Shown: in pieces, positions 28,390 to 36,735 of the stretch
How positions within the stretch are numbered: the stretch's first letter is position 1
Layout of the letters: every line of letters begins with the position of its first letter
Assembly: GCA_037440225.1 (NCBI GenBank)
Contig: JBBIUN010000005.1
Span: 103,450 to 167,449, forward strand
From: Gemmatimonadota bacterium
GTDB lineage: Bacteria > Gemmatimonadota > Gemmatimonadetes > Gemmatimonadales > GWC2-71-9
DNA: 64,000 nucleotides
Direction of reading: 5' to 3'
Position numbers and translations under genes: made by a program
The notes under the pieces: generated by a model
Databases searched by the model: none
Told to the model about the DNA's origin: nothing
The model's input: only the letters and a program-made list of their open reading frames with translations

Positions 28390-28824
28390 CTAGGTAATCA
28401 AGGGGTTTCGGGTCTTCAAAGCCGGGAACCGGCTGAAGTCCCGGTCCGCCGTCCACAGCTCGTCCACCCCATGATGGAGGCACAGTGCGGCGATACGCGC
28501 GTCGTGGACCAGCGGCCCCGACACGCGCGCGGCCCGGCATAGCGCGGCCAGGCGGTTCCAGTATCCTGGAGACTCGGCCAGCAAGACCAGCCCGGGGGAC
28601 TCGGACCAGGCCGCGACCTGATCCAGAGCCGCCTCTAATGGTGTGGGAGGTGACCAGATGCGCGGGTGCGTGACGATCGCGAGAAACTCGTGCAGGCATG
28701 GCCAGGGCACCGCCCACTGCCTGGTTCCCTCCGCCAGCTCTGTCACCCGGAGCCGCGCAGCATCATGGCAGGTGGCGTCCTCGCGGTGAGCGTATACCAG
28801 CAGGTTGGTGTCGAGCGCGATCAC
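28390..28824 (-). CDS. vapC: PIN-domain VapC toxin
   Basis: IALDTNLLVYA, HEFLAIVT, VHDARIAA, TADRDF. Confidence 0.92.
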   Translation of the reverse strand: MIALDTNLLVYAHREDATCHDAARLRVTELAEGTRQWAVPWPCLHEFLAIVTHPRIWSPPTPLEAALDQVAAWSESPGLVLLAESPGYWNRLAALCRAARVSGPLVHDARIAALCLHHGVDELWTADRDFSRFPALKTRNPLIT

Positions 28825-29066
28825 CCGCCCCGGCCCTCATAGATCAGCTCGCGAATCTGCTCCCAGGAGCCTTCGCGAATTCCCGGCTGGAGCCCCCCCC
28901 CGCGAAAACTGGCCTTCCGCAGGTGGAAGGTGGACTGCGTAGCCCGTTCTTGGACGATGCGGCGAAGCGCCTGCTCGATCAGGGCCCGAATCGTTGTCCC
29001 CTCCCGCACCGCCAGCCTCTTCGCCTCAGCGAGCAGGGAATCAGGAATCTCTACAGTCGTCTTCAT
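28821..29066 (-). CDS. vapB: VapB-type RHH antitoxin (DUF2191-like)
   Basis: MKTTVEIPDSLLAEAKRLA...LIEQALRR; GTGA overlap with vapC. Confidence 0.88.
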   Translation of the reverse strand: MKTTVEIPDSLLAEAKRLAVREGTTIRALIEQALRRIVQERATQSTFHLRKASFRGGGLQPGIREGSWEQIRELIYEGRGG

Positions 29067-29122
29067 ACATCCAACCATATTGCTGTGCCCGTATAGATGT
29101 CAAGCGTGGGGACCCAGGTGCC

Positions 29123-29195
29123 ATGAAGACCTGCCGTTCCGCGGCCTCGACGCCGCTCAGCATTTGGCGGCCGAGTACGAGGTCCTGGAGTTCGC
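29123..29195 (+). pseudogene. Diverged 73-bp fragment of dnaE2
   Basis: Manual alignment gives 62/73 identity, ungapped, to 27812-27884. Encodes EDLPFRGLDAAQHLAAEYEVLEF versus EDLPFGGLQAGERLVAEYEVLGF. Confidence 0.85.
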
Positions 29196-29377
29196 ATCCT
29201 TCCTACCGCTACGCGCGGTACAAGGGCTATCTGGTAGGAACCGAAAGCTGGGCCGAACTTCATATGGACACCAACAGCTTCTACCTTACGCTGGAAGTGA
29301 CGGATGCATGGAACGACCGCGGGAGCCAACAGATCTGGGTGACCAACACCCCGTCCGCCCGCACGTGCCTGAGCTGA
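29196..29377 (+). pseudogene. C-terminal remnant of a probable secreted beta-sandwich protein
   Basis: ...YLVGTESWAELHMDTNSFYLTLEVTDAWNDRGSQQIWVTNTPSARTCLS*. Protein-like, but no start codon and abutting the dnaE2 fragment. Confidence 0.4.
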
Positions 29378-29392
29378 TGAGGGCGGCATAGC

Positions 29393-30528
29393 ATGTACGG
29401 TGGCACGCTGCTCGGGCCGCTCGGCCTCGCAGCCGCGGCGGCACTGGGCACGGTGAGCTGCGCCCACGATCCTCTGGGCGTGAAGACCTGCGACGCCGAA
29501 TTGGAGGGCGCTTGCTGGACCTTGCTCGGTCTCCATCAGGCCAGAGCGCTGGCCCTGACCGAGTCGGACCTTTACGCAGGCACTTCGGGCGGCGTGCTCC
29601 GGTTCGAACCCGAACGAGGCGGTTGGTTCCCCGTCGGGTGGCCGCGGCTCGACCGGGTGACAAGCGTGCTGTACGTGCCGGGGACCCCCCACCGCGCCTC
29701 CTTGCTGGCATATAGCGGAACCAGCCGATAGGCGAGGCGAGCCTTTATGCCACGGAAGACGACAAGACTTGGGTGCCTTCCGATCGCCCCCTCAATCCCC
29801 CCGGCTACTATATAGGCGTTTGGGCGCTGGCCCTGGATCCCGTTGATGCCAATCGCCTGTACCTGGGCACGGATGCCACCATCCTTCGGTCCGACAACGA
29901 CGGGCGGGACTGGCGATATGTCTACGGTCCTCCCAACTGGTCGGGGCATCGGACGTCCGCGCTGGTGGCGTCGAAGCATCGCCCGGGCCGTGTCTGGGCG
30001 GGCTTCGACACTGGCCTCGGCATAGGTCTGGTAGTACGTAGCCTGGACAGCGGCGCAACCTGGAAAGGCGTGCTGCGGAAGCATGGCCTAGGGTGGGTGT
30101 ATACCGTGGCGGAAGACGCCGGCAGGCCGGACAGAATCTGGGCGAGTATCTCGGATCAGCGTGGCGGAGATGGGCTCTACGTGTCTGACGATGGAGGAGA
30201 AACCTGGACGCCGAGCCTGGCAGGGTACGTCCAAGCACTCGCGTTCATTGGCGACAGCGTCTTCGCTGCCAGCTTCGACTGGGGTTCAGCAACGGGATCT
30301 CGCGCTTTCAGGCTGCGGCTGTTCCTCTCGCCGGCCAACTGCTTCTGCTGGCGCGAGCTGCCGGTGCCTAACGGAGTGTCGGCCCCGTTAGCCTCACTGG
30401 TGGACGGCCGCGGTCGCCTGATCCTGGGTACTCTCAGCGGCGTTTGGGTAGTGGCGTTCGGCCGGCTCCGCTCAGCACCTTCGTGGCAGCCCACGAGCAC
30501 GGCCATGCCGTACCCGAGAAGGCCTTAG
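29393..30528 (+). pseudogene. BNR/beta-propeller lipoprotein, disrupted
   Basis: Lipobox-like GTVSC. Asp-box repeats RSDNDGRDW, RSLDSGATW, VSDDGGETW. Frame switch near the C6 run at 29685-29690 and an in-frame TAG at 29713-29715. Confidence 0.7.
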
Positions 30529-30998
30529 GTGGCAATGCCGCCACTGGCCAATGTCGCAGCCCGCATCACGTTGACGGCGCTTACAACCTCCAGTGTGCGT
30601 ATTCCGAGGGCTCTGCCGACGACGGCTCTATCATCGAGGGGGCAGTGGCGGGATTCCTCTACGATCTGCTGGACGCGCCTGACTGGCCGGATTCCCCCTA
30701 CAACACCGCTGACGGAGACGACGACCCGGTCACGTTCCCAGGGTCGTACCTCGCCGACCTTGTCAAGACCTGCAACGTGTTCCCTCGCTAGCGGATACGG
30801 GCCAATGGCATAGACCACCTCATCTATTATTGCTTCGAGCAACAGGTGGACCCGCCGGTCACCGGTTCCGCGACCTATTTCCCCATGCGCTCGAGCGATC
30901 CATCGAACCAGACTGAGGCCGCCGCCGAGCCGCCCGGCTGGAGCGTCCCGGTCATTCGGGCCTTTTGGACCCGGGATCTTTACGGCCAGGAGAATTGA
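30477..30998 (+). pseudogene. Zincin (HExxH) metalloprotease C-terminal remnant
   Basis: FVAAHEHGHA...AYSEG...EGAVAGFLYDLLD. In-frame TAG at 30789-30791, then protein-like sequence to TGA 30998. Confidence 0.6.
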
Positions 30999-31009
30999 GC
31001 GGGAGCCCA

Positions 31010-31177
31010 GTGAGACAACCCCGAATCCTGAGCCCAGCGATTGCACTACTGGTCTCGATGGCAGTTCAGCCAGGCTGCGGCGGCGAGCCTACGGACTTGG
31101 TCATTGAAACCGTGTGGGCGGTAGTTCCAGGGTCACATAACCGGACCCACGGGGCCCGTAAGTCAGGCTCATGTTAA
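31010..31177 (+). pseudogene. Truncated lipoprotein N-terminus
   Basis: GGGAG SD, GTG start, signal RILSPAIALLVSMAVQPGC; stops after 55 aa. Confidence 0.4.
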
Positions 31178-31288
31178 GGTAACGGCGTACCACGCCAGGC
31201 AGTGGCTAAGGGAGAGCAGGAACTGACTGGGGACGGCCGGTACCGAGTGCTCCTCAAGCGACAAGCAGCGCCCTCCGCCGCGGCGCCC

Positions 31289-32593
31289 TCACAGCAAGCC
31301 CTTCAACACCGTCGCCAACCCCAAGAAACTCAAGAACCCCATGCAGTCGGTCACGGTCGTGAGAATCACCGAGGAGGCCTGCGCCGGGTCCTGCCGCAGC
31401 GCCGCGAGCACCATCGGCACCGAAGCCCCGGCCACGCTGGCGATGACCATAGAGCCCACCATCGCCGTCCCGATCACCAAGGCCAACCCGTTCGACCCGC
31501 TCCAAGCATACACCCCGAGTGCGGTGACCAGCGCCACCGCCACCCCGTTCAGCGCACCTGCCCCCAATTCTTTCCCCGCCACCCGCACCCAGTGCCGCAA
31601 GCGAATCTCCCGAAGTGCGAGCCCCCGGAGCGTCACCGCCAGCGCCTGCGCCCCTGTGTTCCCCGACTGGCCCGCCACCACGGGCAGCAGCACCGCCAAG
31701 GCCGTAAACTGGGCGATGGTCTGCTGGAAAAGCCCCACCACGGCGGAGGCGAGGAACGCCGTCGCCAGGTTGATCTGCAACCACGGCAACCGCCGCCGCA
31801 CCGCAAAGCCCACCGGAGAGAGCGCCCGCTCCTCCTTGCTCGCCCCGACCATGGTGAGCAAGTCCGCCGTGGCCTCCTGCCGCGTCGCCGCTACCAAGGC
31901 GTCGTTCCGAATCACCCCCACCGGCCGCCCGTCGTAGTCCACCACCGGGATGCTGGTCCCCACCCCTCGCTCGAAGACCTCCACCACTTCCTCCCGCGAA
32001 CTGGTGGCTTGCACCGCAACCGGCACCCGCAGCCGCAAGCCGTCCATTCGCACCCCGGGCTCGGCTACGGCCAGCTCTTGCAGAGGGAGCGCCCCCGCCA
32101 AGCGACCCTCCTCGTCCACCACGAACACGTCCGCAATCGGCCGGCCTTTCAACCCCCTCAGCTTGGCCAGCGCCTCGCGCACCGTCGCGTCGGCCCGAAA
32201 CGTGGCAATGCGCGCATCCATCAGCGAACCCGCCGTGCCGGGCGGATAACTCATCAGCGCCCGGAGTTCCCGCGCCTCCGGCCCATCCAGCAGGGCCAGC
32301 CGACCCTCCCGGCGCTCGGGCGCGAGCCGCGCCAAGAGCGCCGCCGCCCGCACCGGCTCCAGCATCCGCAGCAAGGCCACGAACGCGTCGGGTTCCAGCG
32401 CGCCCAGGACCTCGGCCGCGGCGTCCGGCGTCAGCCGCTGGAGCACCCTGCCCGCGGCAACCACGCTCTGAGATTGCAGCAGCGCCACCGCCTCCCCCAA
32501 GGAGAGCCGCTCCAACTCCCGGGCCGCTTCGTCAGGAAACGTTTCCAGGTACCGCTCCAGCAGCGCCCGCACCGCCCGATCGCTACGCGCCAT
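31289..32593 (-). CDS. mgtE: Magnesium transporter MgtE
   Basis: MgtE N domain, YPPGTAGSLM CBS pair, RRRLPWL, AGQSGNTGAQ, DPAQASSVILTTVTD. Confidence 0.93.
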   Translation of the reverse strand: MARSDRAVRALLERYLETFPDEAARELERLSLGEAVALLQSQSVVAAGRVLQRLTPDAAAEVLGALEPDAFVALLRMLEPVRAAALLARLAPERREGRLALLDGPEARELRALMSYPPGTAGSLMDARIATFRADATVREALAKLRGLKGRPIADVFVVDEEGRLAGALPLQELAVAEPGVRMDGLRLRVPVAVQATSSREEVVEVFERGVGTSIPVVDYDGRPVGVIRNDALVAATRQEATADLLTMVGASKEERALSPVGFAVRRRLPWLQINLATAFLASAVVGLFQQTIAQFTALAVLLPVVAGQSGNTGAQALAVTLRGLALREIRLRHWVRVAGKELGAGALNGVAVALVTALGVYAWSGSNGLALVIGTAMVGSMVIASVAGASVPMVLAALRQDPAQASSVILTTVTDCMGFLSFLGLATVLKGLL

Positions 32594-33437
32594 GCCGCAC
32601 CTCCTCTTCCGGCTCCCGCGAAACGGGCGGCGCCGCGTTGAGACCCGCCAGGAACGCGGACAGCCCGGTCCAGTAGAGTTCGCCCAAGCTCACCAGCGTA
32701 CGAACCACGGGTCGGTCGCCCTCGCTGCGAGCCGTCCCCGCAACCTGCCGGATCGTCCGGTGCCGAATGATCCCGAAAAACACTCCCGCCGCGTCCACCA
32801 CCGGCAACGCGTCCAGTTCGCTCCAAGCGGGATGCGCCGCCACCGCCGCCAAATCCGCGTGCGCCGGCACGCTGGCCACCGCACGATGCATCACCGCCCC
32901 CAGGGTCTCCTTGCCCCCCGCCAGCATCAGTTCCCGGATATCGAGCGCTCCCACTAGGCGCTGCTCCCGATCCACCACATAGATGTAGTAATAGGCTCGC
33001 TCCGCCGACCGCCGGAGCTGCTTCTGCGCTTCCGCCACGCTCAGCTCCTCGGGCAGCGCCAACACCAACGGATCCGCCAGCGCCCCGGCCGTCCCCGGCG
33101 GATACCGCAACTTGCGCCGCAAGAACTCCGCCCGCTCGGCGGGAAGCCCCGCCAGCCACGCCCCCCTAAGCTCCTCCGGAGCCCGCACCAGGATGCGCAC
33201 CGCCAGATCCATCGGCAGCTCGCTCACGAGGCTGGCGGCCACTCCATCCGGCAACGCCCGCAGGCAATCCACCGCCAGCGCCGCACTCAGATGAGCCACC
33301 ACCACGGACCCGCGCGCCGGCGCCAGCTCCAACAACAGACCCGCAGCGTCTCCGAAGGGAAGCTGCTCCATCACCAGCGCCGCATCCGCAGGATGATCCG
33401 CCACGAAGCGCGCCGCGACCGCCAGCTCGGCGCGCAT
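32583..33437 (-). CDS. MgtE-N/CBS soluble protein (no membrane domain)
   Basis: HPADAALVME, LRYPPGTAGAL, YIYVVDRE, LPVVD. Confidence 0.82.
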   Translation of the reverse strand: MRAELAVAARFVADHPADAALVMEQLPFGDAAGLLLELAPARGSVVVAHLSAALAVDCLRALPDGVAASLVSELPMDLAVRILVRAPEELRGAWLAGLPAERAEFLRRKLRYPPGTAGALADPLVLALPEELSVAEAQKQLRRSAERAYYYIYVVDREQRLVGALDIRELMLAGGKETLGAVMHRAVASVPAHADLAAVAAHPAWSELDALPVVDAAGVFFGIIRHRTIRQVAGTARSEGDRPVVRTLVSLGELYWTGLSAFLAGLNAAPPVSREPEEEVRHGA

Positions 33438-33438
33438 C

Positions 33439-34233
33439 TCAACCGACCTCCGGCATCAGGGTGGAGGGCTGTTCGCTGAATAGGCTGGCCGGCACGTACA
33501 CCTGCCCGCCCTTCGTGTCCAAGATGACCGCCACGGAGGTCGCTCGAAGAATACGGCCTTCGATCGCGCCCACCCGGATGGTTTGCCCCACCTGGTAGGT
33601 CTGCGCGACGTAGTACGCGCCCAGGATATTGGCCACCGCCGCGCGGGCCCCCAGGCCGAACGCCAGCGCCGCCCCCGCAAGCCCCACCGCCACGATCGCG
33701 GCAAGCAACACCGCCAGCAGCTCGCCGTGGAGACCGATCTGCTCCAGCCCCAGGAGTAAAGCCGACACCACGATCAGCGCTTGCACCGCCCGCCCCACGG
33801 CACCCGCATATCGCACCCCCGCACTCGCTGCCGCTGCCGCCGCAACCCCTCCCGCCAGACTCGCCACCACCAACCCCACCAGCACCACCGCCACCCCGGT
33901 CAGCGCCTCCGGCACCAGGGCCCCCAGACGCTGGCCCACCTGCTCGACCAGCGGGAGCCCCAAAAGCTCGGCAGCCAGCGCCACGGCGACCAACAGCACC
34001 ACCCAATACAAAAATCGCCCCACCAACTCCGGCCCGGGTTCGCCTACCCGGGCCGCCCCCACCGCACCGCCGCCCCTCCCCTTCCGGCCCACCCGGTCCA
34101 ACGTGGCCTGCGTCGCCCGACGGCCCCAACGCGCTGCCAGCCGGCCTAGCAGCGATCCCAGCAACAACACGGCGGCTGCACCCAGCAGCTTGACCAGGTG
34201 CGGGCGCAGGCTTTGGATGAGATCCCACGACAT
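33439..34233 (-). CDS. Small-conductance mechanosensitive channel-like protein (TM-helix repeat/CmpX type)
   Basis: Multiple TM helices, ALAFGLGAR.AVANILG, YQVGQTIRVG.IEG, VYVP. Confidence 0.85.
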   Translation of the reverse strand: MSWDLIQSLRPHLVKLLGAAAVLLLGSLLGRLAARWGRRATQATLDRVGRKGRGGGAVGAARVGEPGPELVGRFLYWVVLLVAVALAAELLGLPLVEQVGQRLGALVPEALTGVAVVLVGLVVASLAGGVAAAAAASAGVRYAGAVGRAVQALIVVSALLLGLEQIGLHGELLAVLLAAIVAVGLAGAALAFGLGARAAVANILGAYYVAQTYQVGQTIRVGAIEGRILRATSVAVILDTKGGQVYVPASLFSEQPSTLMPEVG

Positions 34234-34342
34234 GGTGACCTCACTTTGGGATGGATTGAGGATGGACTGCGCATCACGACGCCGGACCTGGCCAACTGCC
34301 AGCATCTTCCTCCGGCGTTGGCCCGGCCCCTGATCACCGGGA

Positions 34343-35536
34343 TCAGACGGGCAGCGGAAGCCCCCGCGTCGCCAGAATTCGCTCGATGGCTTCGCCGATC
34401 TTGTTATTGGGCGTGGAGGCGCCCGCCGTGATTCCGATCACGCGCACTGCCGGCCCCAGCCAGCCGTCCTCGACCACTTCCTCGGTCGCACCCACCGGTT
34501 TGTACCGGATACGCGCCGGAGCGACCTCGATGCAGTCGGCGTCGGCGATGTGATAGGTCGTCACCCGGCTCGCACAAAGCTTGGCCAGGTGATTGGTGTT
34601 GCTGGAATTGTATCCTCCGATCACCACCATCGCGTCCAGCGGCTCCTCGAGCAGCGCCACCACCGCATCCTGCCGTTCCTGAGTCGCCGAGCAGATGGTA
34701 TCGAAGGACTGGAAATGCTCCCCTACATGCTCCGCCCCGTAGCGCCGCGCGTAGGCCTGACCCAAGCGGTTCGCAATCGCCAGCGATTCGCTGGCCAGCA
34801 TCGTGGTCTGGTTGGCCATGCCCACGCGCACCAAGTCCCGCTGGAAGTCGAACCCCGGCGAAACCTTGTGCCCGAAGGTCTCCTGCATCGCGGGCAGGTT
34901 GTCCCCCTGCTCGATGAAGCGGCACAAGGTCTCCGCCTCGGCAAGGTCGCGGACCACGAGGTACTTGCCACCCGCATACTTGGTCACCTGACTCGCCGTC
35001 GCCTTGGTCTCCTCGTGGGCATGTTTGCCGTGGATCACCGCGGTGACAGCTTCCTGGGCGTACCGCTCCACCCGCTTCCAGACGTTGAGCACCGAGCCAC
35101 AGGTGGTATCCACGACGATACAGCCGATGGTGCGGAGCCGCTCGAAATCCGCCACCGTAACTCCGAAAGCCGGCAGGAGGACTACGTCCTCCGGGCGGAC
35201 CGCCGAGAAGTCGAAGCCCCGCTCCCCTGGCCGCAGCACCGTGATCCCCAGTTCCGCCAGCCGGTCGTTGACGTGCGGATTGTGGATGATCTCCCCCACC
35301 AGGAAAATCCGCCGTTCCGGAAACTGCCGGCGGCTCTCGTACGCGTATTCCACCGCCCGATCCACGCCGTAACAGAACCCGAAGGCCCGAGCCAGGCGGA
35401 TGGTCAGGCCATGGGCCACCAAGCGGTAGCCCTCGCCACGAATCCGGTCCACCAGCGCACTGTGGTAGGCCTCCGCAAGCTCGCCCGCGATCGCCTGCTT
35501 GAGGCCAAAACCTCGCCGGAAGTAGGTCTGCTCCAT
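34343..35536 (-). CDS. ispH: 4-hydroxy-3-methylbut-2-enyl diphosphate reductase
   Basis: FGFCYGVDRA, EIIHNP, DTTCGSV, HAHEET, NQTT, DTICSATQERQ, GGYNSSNT, ITAGASTP. Confidence 0.97.
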   Translation of the reverse strand: MEQTYFRRGFGLKQAIAGELAEAYHSALVDRIRGEGYRLVAHGLTIRLARAFGFCYGVDRAVEYAYESRRQFPERRIFLVGEIIHNPHVNDRLAELGITVLRPGERGFDFSAVRPEDVVLLPAFGVTVADFERLRTIGCIVVDTTCGSVLNVWKRVERYAQEAVTAVIHGKHAHEETKATASQVTKYAGGKYLVVRDLAEAETLCRFIEQGDNLPAMQETFGHKVSPGFDFQRDLVRVGMANQTTMLASESLAIANRLGQAYARRYGAEHVGEHFQSFDTICSATQERQDAVVALLEEPLDAMVVIGGYNSSNTNHLAKLCASRVTTYHIADADCIEVAPARIRYKPVGATEEVVEDGWLGPAVRVIGITAGASTPNNKIGEAIERILATRGLPLPV

Positions 35537-35561
35537 CACCGCCTAATCTAACACTTCGAAC

Positions 35562-36152
35562 TCACCCCGCCCCGGAATCCCGCGGCACCCGCCCGCACCA
35601 GGCGTCAGGCGCCGACTCGACAGGCAACCGATCGAACACGCCGAGATACCGGACCTCCTCGCCCACGTTGATCTCGCGAAGCACCACGTCGAACCGGCCC
35701 GTCACGTACCGGTCCAGCCGCTCGATCACCACCTGCCCCCGTGTCGCCCGATACGCGAGATCGCTATACTGGACCCGCTGCATCCCCACTTGCGCCCGGG
35801 GCAGACCCGGCGCCTCCTCCTCCGACCTCACCGGATACGCTCCGACCGAAGGAGCCCCCCGGGCGAAATCCACCAGCACCACGACATCCACGCTGTCTCC
35901 CTGCGCCAGCACTAGCAAGCTCGGCGGCTGCGCGCACCGGCGGGCGATCGGCTCCCATCGCCCCACACCGAGCGCCGGCACGGCCCGCGTAACCAACTCC
36001 CCGCGCCGCAGCCGCGGGAAGCTGGTATCCGCCACGACGGGCGCCGCCAGTTCCTCGCCACCGGCCCGAGCCCCCCGCGGCGCCACGTGCTCCCCCGAGC
36101 ACCCGCCGAGCAGCGCCCCCAACAAGAACGGAAGCGCGACCCGCAACCTCAT
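35562..36152 (-). CDS. Hypothetical lipoprotein
   Basis: MRLRVALPFLLGALLGGC lipobox; ATGA overlap with the thioesterase. Confidence 0.7.
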   Translation of the reverse strand: MRLRVALPFLLGALLGGCSGEHVAPRGARAGGEELAAPVVADTSFPRLRRGELVTRAVPALGVGRWEPIARRCAQPPSLLVLAQGDSVDVVVLVDFARGAPSVGAYPVRSEEEAPGLPRAQVGMQRVQYSDLAYRATRGQVVIERLDRYVTGRFDVVLREINVGEEVRYLGVFDRLPVESAPDAWCGRVPRDSGAG

Positions 36153-36625
36153 GGCCGCACGCTCGTCTCCGGCTTTAGGCCGAGCCACCGCCGGGCCTCC
36201 GCTTCGCTCATGGTGAAGGGTGCGAGGAGCTGCCGCAGTTCCTCAGGGAGCGCCCGCGGGCGCATCGCCCTGCGATCCACACACACCAGCACCTCTTGCC
36301 CGGCCGCCGCGAGCTGCCCCGCGGCCACATGCAGCACGTCGAAGTTGATGCCGATGGAGCTGGTCCCGAACCGCGTGAAGTACGCCGCCACCCGAAGGCA
36401 GTCGTCGAGCCGCGCGGGATACTTGAAATCGCATTCGAGGTGAACCCGCGGGAGCCAAATATCGAACCGGTCGAACACTTCCGAGTACGGCACGCCCGCG
36501 GCACGGAACAACTCCGTCTCCGCAATTTCGAAAAACCGGACGTAGGCCCCGTAGAAAATGATGCCCGCGTAGTCCACGTCGGACCAGCGGACATACTCTT
36601 CGACGACGAACGGCTTGAGCCCCAT
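36149..36625 (-). CDS. Acyl-CoA thioesterase (4HBT/YbgC family)
   Basis: VRWSDVDYAGIIFYGAYVRFFEIAE, CDFKYPARLDD. Confidence 0.92.
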   Translation of the reverse strand: MGLKPFVVEEYVRWSDVDYAGIIFYGAYVRFFEIAETELFRAAGVPYSEVFDRFDIWLPRVHLECDFKYPARLDDCLRVAAYFTRFGTSSIGINFDVLHVAAGQLAAAGQEVLVCVDRRAMRPRALPEELRQLLAPFTMSEAEARRWLGLKPETSVRP

Positions 36626-36735
36626 GACAAGGAACGTAGAACACCAGGTGGGGGCGCGCCACCGCGAGCCCTTCCCGCCGGGGACCCTGCTCGCGAGCGC
36701 GGCCTCCGGCGGTCCGGCCCGCGAGATCGGCTACG

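Noticed and set aside
27812-29195. dnaE2 repeat pair as a DGR template/variable repeat
   Set aside because: The 11 mismatches are mostly G/C and C/T rather than adenine-specific, and there is no reverse transcriptase in the window
29713-30791. Two in-frame TAGs in the same TAGCGGA context as amber recoding
   Set aside because: TAG terminates many intact genes here (e.g. 1810, 2833, 8175), and the same region has a frameshift and truncations; decay is the simpler explanation
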